Of a stretch of 64,000 nucleotides of DNA, positions 11,408 to 23,496 are shown piece by piece. The position numbers and the translations under genes are program-made. The notes below the pieces were generated by a model. That model saw only the letters and a program-made list of their open reading frames with translations, did not search any database and had not been told where the DNA came from. The stretch is from Ophelia neglecta (Eukaryota), in the NCBI GenBank assembly GCA_965285935.1, contig OZ260661.1, positions 135,222,001 to 135,286,000 on the forward strand. Direction: 5' to 3'. Position 1 is the stretch's first letter, and each line of letters opens with the position of its first letter.

Positions 11408-12608
11408 TTTAATACTGAAATGAACACGGAAGTGGTCTTCTGGCGCTCTTACACCTTTACACGACACGACCACCGCCTGTTTGAGGCCAACACATTTGTT
11501 ATGGCTGGTAATGTATGTAGGTTGACAATGATGGCGACAGGGTCATTCATCACGGTTCGCTACGTATTCAGTTACCAACACCATGACTACTAAGTACGCT
11601 GCAATGGCAATATAATGGCACAGCGCACGGATATATATGCTTTGTAATCGGAGGAAGCGAATTAATATATTTATGAAATCACTAGAGTGATGTACTCTTT
11701 CAATTATATATGACTTATTTCAGCTCTTCACCTTGCAGTTGCGTCTTTAATTTCCGCTATGCTAGAAATTGTCCCCCTAGACGTAATTCGTAGAACCTTG
11801 TTATGCTTATAAGAAAACCGTTATAACAAAACGAGGACTGATGAACTTGTTTGACAGCTACGGACTGACACTTGCAATATCACAAGATAGGAAACGGTAT
11901 GCAAGATGCCTTATGTAAAGCTAGTATGTTTATAATAAAACGTATAACCATAAAATCACAGATTGACCTATTCAACCTAATGCTACAACCAGAAAGTGCT
12001 AGTTACGCTAAAATTATACTCAGTTACACAGGGATCTTTACAGCCCTCTTCGGTCTATTGTTTACTGAGACACTTCATATAATCTCTACATTTTATGAGG
12101 AGGTTATAATATCATAACCTCACTTGGGACATATATTATCTCTGTCCTACTATGACCAGTGACTCGTTTGTTTTGTGGTCTGACTCGCATCGTAGAAAAC
12201 TGTTGACTGCTTATTGCGAGGGTTAACATCACATAGTAATCAAGAAAATGTTCGCAATGACGTCCTTCTTAAATGGTCTGAATACGCCTGGCATTTAAAC
12301 AATGCAGTGGCTATATGTTGCTGGAGAAATAATTTGTAAATATTTGTATCATTATCACCACCTACCCACAAAGTTTCTGTATTTTTTATAACGTTATTGC
12401 ATCGCGAACACCAGTAAGAAGGTTAAGAAACTTTAGTAACCCCTGGGGTATTGATTATTGTTATGTATAGATGTTGTGACCTTGGAAAATAAAGGCTTTA
12501 GTGAAGACACAGCTGCAGTTCGTTTCCTATGTACAAGCTGCTGATGACATATATTTAACTGTTATATACATGTACATATATAGGTGCTCTGAACAGGCAT
12601 ATTGCGGT

Positions 12609-13023
12609 TTATTTTGTAGCTATAAGCAGTGAATTATTGCATGATATATTCAGTTTGCCCTCTCGTACTTCCGTATATGGACCATCAGTCTGCCACCCGA
12701 AGTCTCGTATATCCTCGTATGGACCATCAGTCTGCCACCCGAAGTCTCGTATATCCTTGTAGGGACCATCAGTCTGTAAACCCGAAGTCTCGTATATCCT
12801 CGTATGGACAATCAGTCTGCCACCCGAAGTCTCGTTTATCCTCGTATGGACCATCAGTCCGCGGCCCAGCTTTTCGTTTGCCTTCGCTAGGAGTGTTTAT
12901 ATGGTCAGCTGGTGGCTGAAGGTGGCCTACATACTCATACACAGTAGCAATATATGCTTCATGTCTTGAATATGCTGCTTTGTAATATCCATGACCAGTG
13001 GGGGCGGGGGTGTTCGATCGTTC
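12609..13023 (-). pseudogene. Orphan, 5'-truncated paralog of the Tyr-rich tail exon (frameshifted copy)
   Basis: ERSNTPAPTGHGYY..YEYVGHLQP..DGPYED repeats, homologous to G2-G7 tail; 1-bp insertion in the 43-bp unit 12763-12805; 5' end fused to LINE. Confidence 0.8.
12679..12859. repeat. 42-bp minisatellite, 4 units plus partial
   Basis: Unit GGACCATCAGTCTGCCACCCGAAGTCTCGTATATCCTCGTAT starting at 12679, 12721, 12763, 12806, partial at 12848. Confidence 0.95.
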
Positions 13024-14760
13024 TCGCCAAAGGAACAGAGACGGTTTTCTCGCGGAAGTCTAGCCCACCTGACAGTCTCCAGTAGCAACGAATGCGAGCC
13101 TGTACGCATCCTGGTGACCGCGACGCGAGCAATATTTAGGATACGCGTTTTGATGAGGAATCAGACATCACACGGTTGCGGATCAGGTTATATAATCAGT
13201 CTGTGTATCAAGAGTCTGAAAGTACATGTCTGACTTGGCCACGCGTGCAGCCTGAAGTGTCAAACATAACGGGGAATCGCGAAAATTGACCCGCTATGAA
13301 ACTTTCCCCGAAAAGAGAGCCTGCTTTTCCCGAACAATAGCATCCACATCAAAAACTCCCACCTCCACGAGCACAGAGTGCGTGGTGGTCTGTAGGCGTA
13401 CGCACATTATAGCCTTGAACGTTTCGATATATGCCTGTTTCAGGCAGGCCACTGAGGAAGTCCACCAACTCTCACATCCATAGAGTATGGCAGAAAAGAG
13501 TGCACACTGCCACACGCTCCTTGATGGCATAAGGAGCGTCTCTGTGTGTATTGAGAAAACACAGTAGTCGAGCACATGTCCCTGTTTGGTCGCTATACGA
13601 TCCTGTACCTGTGGAGAGATCCCGCGAATAGAGATCAAGTTGCCAAGATAGCTGTACTGCTCTGTTCGTTCCATGGCCCTCCCAGCAACAACAAACGGAC
13701 GACAGTCACGTGAATTTGATACCATAAACAATGACTTTTTATGGTTGATCCGTAATCCATCGCGTCCCACAAAGTCGCCACCAAAGATCTTCCGTTTACG
13801 CCTCAACGCAGCGCGTGAAGTGGCTAGTTTGGCCGTGTCGTCCACCAGTAGGTGAGCGTGAAGCCAGGCTAGCCAGCCATCATCTGGGAGGGATCGAGGG
13901 ACAACCGCAAGAGGATTGATGAAGAATACAAACAGGATGACAGACAGTGGAGCCCCCTGACGAAGCGCGAGAGTCGCATGAATGGTCGTGTTCCCAATGA
14001 GACTAGCCGTATTTGAAAGTAATGCACACAGTGCCGCCAAGAAACGACCACCACAGCCTTTCACAGCCAGCCAATTTAGTATTATTTGTCTTTTTACGGT
14101 GTCATATGCATTTTCAAAGTCATTAAATGCTATGTACAATGTTTCCTTTGTTCTCCGAGCACGGTCGATAATGAGACGTAAAGTGAGCAGTTGTTTAGGA
14201 CATTCTCGGCCAGGCTGGCCGCCAGCCTGTTCCTGGCAAGAACCCCACCAGCGAGGGAATCGACCTATTAAATAGAGGAGTACACCTCGGCAAGAGAGGG
14301 GATTTCACTGATACCCCGATAGTTCCCAGGAAGATATCGGTCCCCCTTTTTGAATAACATAGTCAACCTCGCCACTAACCATGCGTACATGGTTTTCCCC
14401 CACCAAATCAGATATCATGTTTTATAAGACACCGAATTTGTTGCCATCCGGTATTGACTAGACAGCTGTCAACTCCTCCCTCAATGCCAGAAAGGTACGA
14501 GTCTAGTGTCTTGAATCACTGTGTGCAGGGCCCGCTTCAAGTCATCGGCCCTGGGCTTAGTAATAGCTGACCGTGTCAATGTAAATGTGAATATCTCAGC
14601 TAAGTCCACGTTGACAGTTGGTCTGCCAGACCCAGACTGTCTCATTATGAAATATTCACAGGTGATCGAGTGTACAGGGATAAGGGACCATGGACGCCAG
14701 TCAAGCGTAAAATACAAGCAAACCCAATCAAATATGTCCAAAATTAATCCAGTTCCCAGA
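13024..14760 (-). mobile_element. Decayed, internally deleted non-LTR retrotransposon (LINE; CR1/L2/RTE-X-like), copy a
   Basis: RT motifs FNDFENAYD, LRQGAPLS..LF, LVDD, YSYLG; C-terminal SHSLLLETVRW..PRENRLC; stops and frameshifts; 5' limit approximate. Confidence 0.85.
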
Positions 14761-14864
14761 TTTTTACCAAGCTGCAGAAAGGTCTGTTCTCTGACAAAAC
14801 CACGGGAATCCTTGATAATCTACCCTGGGTTCCACACAAGCCACACTCTACCTATACGCTTTAA

Positions 14865-14925
14865 ACATACTATTTGGCCGAGGTCGAGATATTCTACCCC
14901 ACTGAAGACATTTAAACGTTGGAAT
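14865..14925 (-). pseudogene. Relic first exon (5' UTR/start region) of a destroyed lectin-receptor paralog
   Basis: TTGGCCGAGGTCGAGATATTCTACCCCACTGAAGACATTTA aligns with TGGGCCCAGATCGAGATATTCTACCACACTGACGACATTTA just upstream of the G6 ATG. Copies at ~22545-22600, 29490-29545, 38668-38720, 46010-46065, 58245-58297. Confidence 0.65.
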
Positions 14926-16506
14926 GAGGCTGGTAATACGAAGTGTGTAATAGTACTACTTTCCCTTTACATTTACTTGTCCAATATACATCCATGTTAA
15001 CAGTCCCATGAAATTTGCCGAGGAGGCAGCACTTCCCGGTGACTATGAGAGTATCTGCAGGAATGCAATACATGTATACATGTATACCACGTAGAAATGA
15101 TTTTCAGAGTTGCATTAATGTCACAATTTACGGCATTATTGTGGATCTTCGCTGAGCATAAAGCAACTAAGCCCTTGTACTGTACACAATTAAAATAATC
15201 TAAAAACAATACATTTACCGCTAATTATGAGACTAGAAGACATTATAACCTGCTTATTTTAGTATGTCTAGCTATTATTTACCGAGGACACAATCGATAT
15301 ATAGCTGAGCTATGAACATAGCTCCTAGCACTGCCATGTTTTTTGTTAAAATGCCCTTAAAACTACATATCATGTGGTGACAAATATGTTGGAAAGTATA
15401 TAGTAGATGTATATCTTTTCATCTTACCACACCTAGTCACGTTCCCCAGGCCTTGTTTTACACAAACACAGTTTTATTACTCGGCAGTTGTGTTGAACTT
15501 GTTTTATGACTTGACCTGTAGTGTATGAAAACTTGTAAGGTGGTGGACACGGTCTGATGACGGCTGTCAATTAAATAGTGCAGTGGTTATATTTTGCTGC
15601 AGGAAAAAATTAATTGTTTAATAATTTTTATAATTACCAACACTATATCACTTGAGTGCTTGTTATTTAAGCTGTCGTAATTAAGAAAGGTTAAAGAAAT
15701 ACACTGTCTGTCCAAACCGGGAAAATTGTCATAGATGAAATATAACGTCTAAGGTTATTAAGATGACCTCTCCTAGTTAGAGCCTTCTTGCATAGAGCAA
15801 AAGTTTGATAAAAGTTGAATTGCCAAACATGTAAATATATTGATTGGTGAAGAACGAAGCAGAAGAAAACAGAGTGATCATACCATCATTAAACTTCATG
15901 CTTTATACATGTTATTTTTTTGATGTGAAGAGCCTTATTCAACCAAGCTTGGTAATAGGGATTTATACTCTTACTTGGCCCGAATTCTACCAGGTACAGG
16001 CCAATAAACAAAACGTCAAACGTCCATATATACTTTATTCAATACAAATGAAAACGTCGGAAAATATAATTTATATCATGTATTGTGACTACCCTCTACA
16101 GTAGATCATGATACATCCGCGAGCAAATTATACGCTTTCATATCTTATATTATTCAGGTGCTAATCGAGCGTTTTATCAGATTTTATGATTGTTTAACAA
16201 AACTGTCTTTTACATATTGCTGTATTGATACAATGCCTTGTATATGACAGCACACACCCACATGCCCATAAACATTAGGACACGCAATGATCCTTTCCTA
16301 ACTTTTTAGTCACACAACTTCCATTTTGAAACAAACGTGATTTGTAATACTACAAATGGGTATCCGCCAATATTAATCGAGCAATTATGTGTTTGAATAT
16401 GAATCGCACCTTCTTTTCCAAGCTGCTGATGACATCTATTATACTGAACTTAGACCTATAATTGTTTAATGGCTTATATTCCGGTTTATTTTATTATTAT
16501 CAAGTG

Positions 16507-19500
16507 TTAATTAGTCCGTGATACATTCAGTGGATTGTATGTGACATTCGGTGAGAGGGCCTCGTATTCTCTTTCAGTTACTTTTTCCACAGAAGCCCCA
16601 ACAGTCCGCCGCCCGCCTTCTCCTATGTCTTCATATGTACCATGAGTCGGCCGCCCAACTTCTTGTATGTCTTCATATGGACCATCAGTCTGCCGTCCGA
16701 TTTCTTGTATATCCTCGTATGGACCATCTACACATGGACTGTTTAAAGTATCGGCTCGTGGCTGAATGTAGCCTACTTCCTCATATTGAGAAGTAATATA
16801 TTGTCCCTGTCTTGAATTTGCTACGTTGTAATAATCATGGCCAGTGGGGGCGGGGGTGTTTGATCGTACGTCCTCGTGAGCTGCTGCTTCATTGTAATAT
16901 GTGTGTTCTGTGTAAGTCTTCTGTTGGTCTGCTGTGTGTTGCTTCCTGAAAATACATTTATTGATACTTATTATTATGAATATATACATTTGAAATCTCA
17001 TATGATACTTTGGTGTTCTGTTGAGTTTTCACAATTATCACAACTACACAAACAAAAAATCAATATAACCCCGATTGCTGATCCGATTAATAACTTTATA
17101 ATGGTATCACCGACATCACAAATAATATAAATATCAGCTTATTGTCAATTGCATTTTACATTTAGCCTTCAGGATTATCATAGCAGCACATCTTCCATTT
17201 TGTACATCTTCCTGCACGCAGTTTGTTTCCGGATCATTCCCTCCGCCCAACTTTCTCACCGCAACCTATCCGCTCCCAACCACTGTTTCTCACCCCGCCA
17301 CCTGTCTACTCGCTCTGGACGAGAAAGTTTGCAGCCCCTTCAGTCTCTTTCACCCTTTAAGTGTCAGTAATTGGTTCTTTCTTTATTCAGCCAGCCTGCT
17401 CGTCAAGCGCTTTGCCCATCCCTCATCTTCCTGCACAACACACCTACCCTCTCCCCCAAGCATACTGACTCGACCCCTTGGTTATCAGGTCGGGCATACT
17501 GTTGCCCCCTAAAATGTGATAAAAAACACTCTAGCCATGTTTTCCATTTTAATAAAAATATACTCAAAACGGTAAAGCATAAAATATATAACAAGAATAG
17601 ATACCCGGAAAGCTTAAGCAATGGTTTACCAACGATTTAACTATGAAAGGCCCATTTGACAGTCAACATATTTTGCATCTTACTAGCTAAGATTACTAAT
17701 CCGCTTCTCATAAGGACATATCTTACCTTCGTTTCTGGCAGACAACATACAGAACAACAGCAATAAAAGGGATTATCACACCACCCAGCACTGGTCCGAT
17801 ATATAAATAAATACTGGTACCTGGAAAAGTTATAAAATGATACTTTTAGACAAAGTATCTTTGTTCTAGTTTCCACGAAATATTATTGGTCTGGTCTAGG
17901 TGAAGACCAACTAACACTCGGGCCTCTTTGAAGGCTGCCGAAGTTGAACTTAACCTCTTCCATATGTGAAATGTATGTAGGGCATGCTTGTATAATTAAG
18001 GCTAAGCTTTCTCAGCTATACAAACAGCAGATGAACATTTGAGCCACATACCTACTCTGAGGAGTGTAATTTCTGACCTTAAAACATCTGCAATTCCTAA
18101 GTGAACATATGAAGAACATTTGACTGTCAATCAAAATATATCGGACAATGGTGGATTGAGGGATAAGCAAAGAAAGCAGGCTGATCAGATAAAGGAGTTG
18201 GAGGGTCTCTGTGGAAACTTGGAGTCAAAGGTTCTGGAGCAGGAACAATACTTTAGGATAAACAATTTTGAAATTCCGAATATCAAAGATGCGATGTTAA
18301 ACCAAACTACTCTAAAAGATCTCCTTCAATTTGCAGAGAATCATAAACCCAAAGAATAGAATTTTACTTTACATTAAAAAAATCTGTTTTCGATTCGTGT
18401 TTCCAAATTTACAACGACCTGTCTTCATATGCTGCAGTCACATTTAGGAAAATTTTCTGATATACATAGTTTTTACCTTGTTCACTGCTATCAGAGATTT
18501 TAGTGGTTGCCTTGATTGTTGGTTTAGTTTGAGATGTTGGAGTTGATGTATTATTGTATCCTGGTATATTTTTTGTAGAGCCATTCCTAGTAGTCATTGC
18601 TGCTGTCGTCGCCTTTTTAGAGCCATTGCCTTGTTGGGGTCTTATACTGGTTAATATCGCAGCTTCTGCATCTGAGTGAAATGATTTTGCATGAACACGG
18701 ATCGGATACATTAATTTGTGTTGTTCAAATTACCAACCGCCTAAAGTTGCTATTTAAATGAAGCAATGGGTGCACATCCTACAATTGAACCTCAATTTAC
18801 TACTGAAGATACAATGCCTGGAATCTTAATTTAAGTGTATCTACCTTTTCTTTCACATAAAAACCTATAATTATTTCCTAGATCATCTGTCCCAGCCCAT
18901 TTCCCGTCTATGAGCATCTTTGCATATCGCTCATTCACATTGGGTTCCCCGTCACACCAATTTTGCCATTCATACCACGCACCACCAAACCACTCCCATC
19001 TATCTCGCCTCATTGTTACGTTGTCGCTGTTCGCTGAGTTTGAAACGTCTTTTGTTAATCCAATCCAGAATTGGTTCGTTTCTTTCACGGGATCGCAATC
19101 CTGCCCCGACATGCACTTTATCCTGGTTAAAAGGTAACAATTAGTCATAATATTTAACTAATATAATACTTCAATAATAAAATAAGTCTCAAGTGTTCAA
19201 ACATTTGAAAAACACAACATCCACCACATGATAGGCATTATTGAGAAAATGTTTTATTAGGATGACAGTACTAGGTCACACATAGCATGCCATTCGTTTC
19301 ATTTCAATGCTGTAAGCATTAAAATACAAGAATCTTTCTTACAGCTTTTCGAAAACGAATTCGTTTTGTTCTTTGTTTTCTACTGATACTATAGAGGCAT
19401 GCAATCGTTCACATCTGCTAACTGCTTCTGTGTAATTTCGTAGAATGTTCTTTCCTGAGACATAATAACACCTCCCATCATAAGGATACCACGAGCCGTC

Positions 19501-19910
19501 AAATACACATTGATTTGCTACAACTGTAACAAAATAAACACAGCGAGTCATAATCGGGGAATAAACTGCCGGGAAAAATATATGAGAGCGCGGGCAACTT
19601 TAGCAATAAATGATTTACGACAAAGAGGAATCATAAACATACATAAACACAACCCACTTGACCGTATTTACTATTATCATTTTCACTTATATTTGTTCCC
19701 ACAAACCTAACTTTACCCGAATACGCACACGCCTTTAATTCCGCTCTAATTTCTTCGTTAATTGTAATAGTGAATAAACACGCTAGCTATGAGAATGGAA
19801 ATATTTGTATGTTCACATTGTATTAAGAGGTGCTTTAATATGTGTATACACATACCTGTACACAATGTAACTGCCACTAAGACATCAAGGAACAGGGCGG
19901 TAGGATACAT
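16507..19910 (-). CDS. G2: type I transmembrane C-type lectin-like receptor, tail type B (3x YEDI + terminal ITIM-consensus) (~413 aa)
   Basis: Exons 19856-19910, 19343-19523, 18845-19122, 18477-18671, 17727-17820 (TM IYLYIGPVLGGVIIPFIAVVLYVVC), 16507-16945. GT-AG, 1242 nt, open; AATAAA at 16485-16490. Confidence 0.9.
17890..18410 (+). mobile_element. Intronic LINE ORF1-like fragment (stalk-TM intron of G2; homologs in G3-G7)
   Basis: Coiled coil followed by LEQEQYFRINNFEIPNI, resembling the LEQYSRxNNxxIxGI motif of CR1/L2-group ORF1. Copies at ~24835-25350, 31780-32300, 41505-42020, 50330-50910, 60985-61500; absent from the 156-bp G1 intron. Confidence 0.6.
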
Positions 19911-21072
19911 ATTGGGCCGAGATTGGGATATCCTACACCACAGCGGCCATTTTAATACTGAAATGAACACGGAAGTGGTCTTCTGGCGCTCTTACACCTT
20001 TACACGACACGACCACCGCCTGTTTGAGGCCAACACATGTGTTATGGCTGGTAATGTATGTAGGTTGACAATGATGGCGACAGGGTCATTGATCACGGTT
20101 CGCTACGTATTCAGTTACCAATACCATGACTACTTAGTACACTGCAATAGCAATATAATGGCACAGCTCACGGGTATATATGCTTTTTAAACGTGGGAAG
20201 CGAATTAATATATTTATGAAATCACTAAATATCAAATCAAGTAAACTTAGCGTTGTACTCTATACCTATTATTGCAGTAGATCTTAACTTTTAATTTACG
20301 TAAATGCATTTCTTCACTACAACCTAATAAACCCTAGAGTGATGTACTCTTTCAATTATATATGACTAATTTCACCTCTTCACCTTGCAGTTGCGTCTTT
20401 AATTTCCGCTATACTAGAAATTGTCCCCCTAGACGTAATTCGTAGAACCTTGTTATGCTTATAAGAAAACCGTTATAACAAAACGAGGACTGATGAACTT
20501 GTTTGACAGCTACGGACTGACACCTAGCAATATCACAAGATCGGAAACGGTGTGCATGATGCCTTATGTAAAGCTATTGTTTATAATAAAGTGTATAACC
20601 ATAAAATCACAGATTGAAAACCAGAAAGTTCTAGTTACGCTACAATTAGACACAGTTACACAGGGAACTATACAACCCTCTTCAGTCTATTGTTCACTGA
20701 GACACTCTCTCTACATTTTACGAGGAGGTTATAATATCATAACCTCGTTTGGCACATATTTCATCTCTGTCCTACTATGACCACTGACTCGTTTGTTTTG
20801 TGAACTGACTCGCATCGTAGAAAAGTGTTTACTGCTTCTTATTGCGAGGGTTATCAATTCTATGTTTCCGGGTGTTTTAAAACTGCATAACATGGTGTGG
20901 TAATTGTGTAGTGAATTGGAGCAATAAATCGGAAACTATATATTTCATTTAGCAACACATAGTAATCACGAAAATGTACACAAGTATATCTTTCCATATT
21001 CTATGATAGTTGTGCTGAACGCGTATTATGACTTACGTGTAAATGTACGTAAACTCGTGTAGTGGCCGAAAT

Positions 21073-22400
21073 GGTGGTGGTATGTGTGCGCACGCACATT
21101 ATACCCTTGAGAGTTGAGATATATGTCTGTTTCAGGCAGGCCACGGAGGAAGTTCACCAACTCTCACATCCATTGAGTAGAGCAGCAAAGAGTGCACACT
21201 GCCAATGGCGCTCCTTGATGATACAAGGAGCGTCCCTGTTTGTGTCCAGAAAACACAGTAGTCGGCGCACATGTCCCTGTTTGGTTGCTATAAGATCCCG
21301 TACCTGTCGGGAGATCACGTGAAGAGAGATCAAGTTGCAAAGATAGCAGTACTGCTCTGTTCGTTGGATGGCCCTCCCAGAAACGACAAACGGACGGCAG
21401 TCATTTGCAACCATAAACAATGACATATATAGTTGATCCGTAATCCATCGCGTCCAACAAAGTCGCCACCAAAAATCCGCAGTTTACGCCTCATAGCAGC
21501 GCGTGGAGTAGCCAGTATGGACGTGTGCACCAGTAGGAGAGCGTGAAGCCAGGCTAGCCATCCATCATCTGGGAGAGAAGGTTGATGAAGAATACAAACA
21601 GGATGACAGACAGTGGATCCCCCTGACGAAGCGCGAGAGTCGCATGGATGGTGGTGTTCCCAATGAGACTAGCCGTGTTTGAAAGTAATGCACATAATGC
21701 CGCCAAAAAACGACCACCACAGCCTTTCACAGCCAGCTAATTTAATATAATTTGTCTTTTACGGGGGGTCATATGCCTTTTCGAAGTCAATAAATGTTAT
21801 GTACAATGTTTCCTTTGCTCTCCGAGCACGGTCGATAATGAGACGTAAAGTAGGCAGTTGTTTAAGACATCCTCGGCCAGGCTGGCCTCCATCCTGTGCC
21901 TGGCAAGGACCCCACCAGCGAGGAAATCGAGCTATTAAATAGAGGAGTACACCTCGGCAAGAGAGGGGATTACACTGATACCCCGATAGTTCCCAGGAAG
22001 AGATCGGTCCCCCTTTTTGAATAACATAGTCAACCTCGCCACTAACCATGCGTACATGGTTTTCCCCCACCAAATCAGATATCATGTTTTATAAGACACC
22101 GAATTTGTTGCCATCCGGTAATGTCAACTCCTCCCTCAATGCCAGAAAGGTACGAGTCTAGTATGTCTTGAATCACTGTGTTTAGGGCCCGCTTCAAGTC
22201 ATCGGCCCTGGGCTTAGTAATAGCTAAGTCCAAGTTGACACTTGGTCTGCCTGACCCAGACTGACTCATTATGAAATATACACAGGTGATCGAATGTACG
22301 GGGATAATAGACCATGGGCGCCAGTCAAGCGTAACATACAAGCAAACCCTTTCAAAATATGTCCAAAACTTATCTAGTCCCAGATTTTTACCGAGCTACA
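21073..22400 (-). mobile_element. Decayed LINE, copy b
   Basis: FIDFEKAYD and other RT fragments colinear with copy a; 3' end deleted. Confidence 0.85.
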
Positions 22401-23496
22401 GAAATGACTGTTCTTTGTCAAAGCCTCTATTGAACACAGTGCCCCAAATCCAAATTTAACGGCAAAGTGTCTCCACGGGAATCCTTGACAATCTGCCCTG
22501 GTATCCACACAAGCAACACTGTACTTATACACTATAAACATCATTTTGGGCCGAGGTCGAGATATTCTACCCCACTGCAGATATTTAAATGCTGAAATGA
22601 GGCTGGTAATATGAACTGTGTAATAAAACATGTCCTTTACATTACTTCGTCCAATATACATCCATGTTAACAGTCGAAAGAGATTTGCCGATGGGGCAGC
22701 ATTTCCCGGTGACTATGAGAGTATCTGCAGGAATGCAATACATGTATACATGTATACCACGTAGAAATTATTTTCAGAGTTGCATTAATGTCACAACTTA
22801 CGGCATTATTGTGGATCTTCGCTGAGCATAAAGCAACTAAGCCTTTGTACTGTACACAATTAAAATAATCTAAAAACAATACATTTACCGCTAATTATGA
22901 GACTAGAAGACATTATAACCTGCTTATTTTAGTATGTCTAGCTATTATTTACCGAGGACACAATCGATATATAGCTGAGCTATGAACATAGCTCCTAGCA
23001 CTGCCATGTTTTTTGTTAAAATGCCCTTAAAACTACATATCATGTGGTGACAAATATGTTGGAAAGTATATAGTAGATGTATATCTTTTCATCTTACCAC
23101 ACCTAGTCACGTTCCCCAGGCCCTGTTTTACACAAACACAGTTTTATCACTCGGCAGTTGTGTTGAACTTGTATTATGACTTGACCTGTAGCGTATGAAA
23201 ACTTGTATGGTGGTGGACACGGTCTGATGACGGCTGTCAATTAGATAGTGCAGTGGTTATATTTTGCTGCAGGAAAAAAAATTAATTGTTTAATACTTTT
23301 TCTCATTACCATCACTATATCACTTGGGCTGTCTTGTGCATTAATTAACTCTATGTTGGAGAACGACACTAACATAAAAAACAGCATTAAGATTGCTTAG
23401 AAAAGTATAGTAATTCCATAATAATTGAGTGCTTGTTATTTAAGCTGTCGTGGTTAAGGAAGGTTAAAGAAATACACTGTCTGTCCAAATCAAGTG

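Noticed and set aside
11255-11593. Recurrent plus-strand ORFs (also 19789-20190, 26729-27130, 34187-34435) and other repeated short ORFs as genes
   Set aside because: They are antisense to the signal exon or lie in duplicated spacers, recur only because the DNA is duplicated, vary in start/stop and show no domain features.
13294-14139. Active or domesticated reverse transcriptase (e.g. a DGR-like diversifier of the lectin genes)
   Set aside because: RT next to C-type lectin folds is suggestive, but this is a LINE-type RT with degenerate motifs, and the copies are broken at different places. I saw no template-repeat/variable-repeat pair or adenine-specific variation.
17727-17820. Adaptor-coupled (DAP12/FcR-gamma-type) activating receptors
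   Set aside because: No charged residue within any of the eight predicted TM helices.
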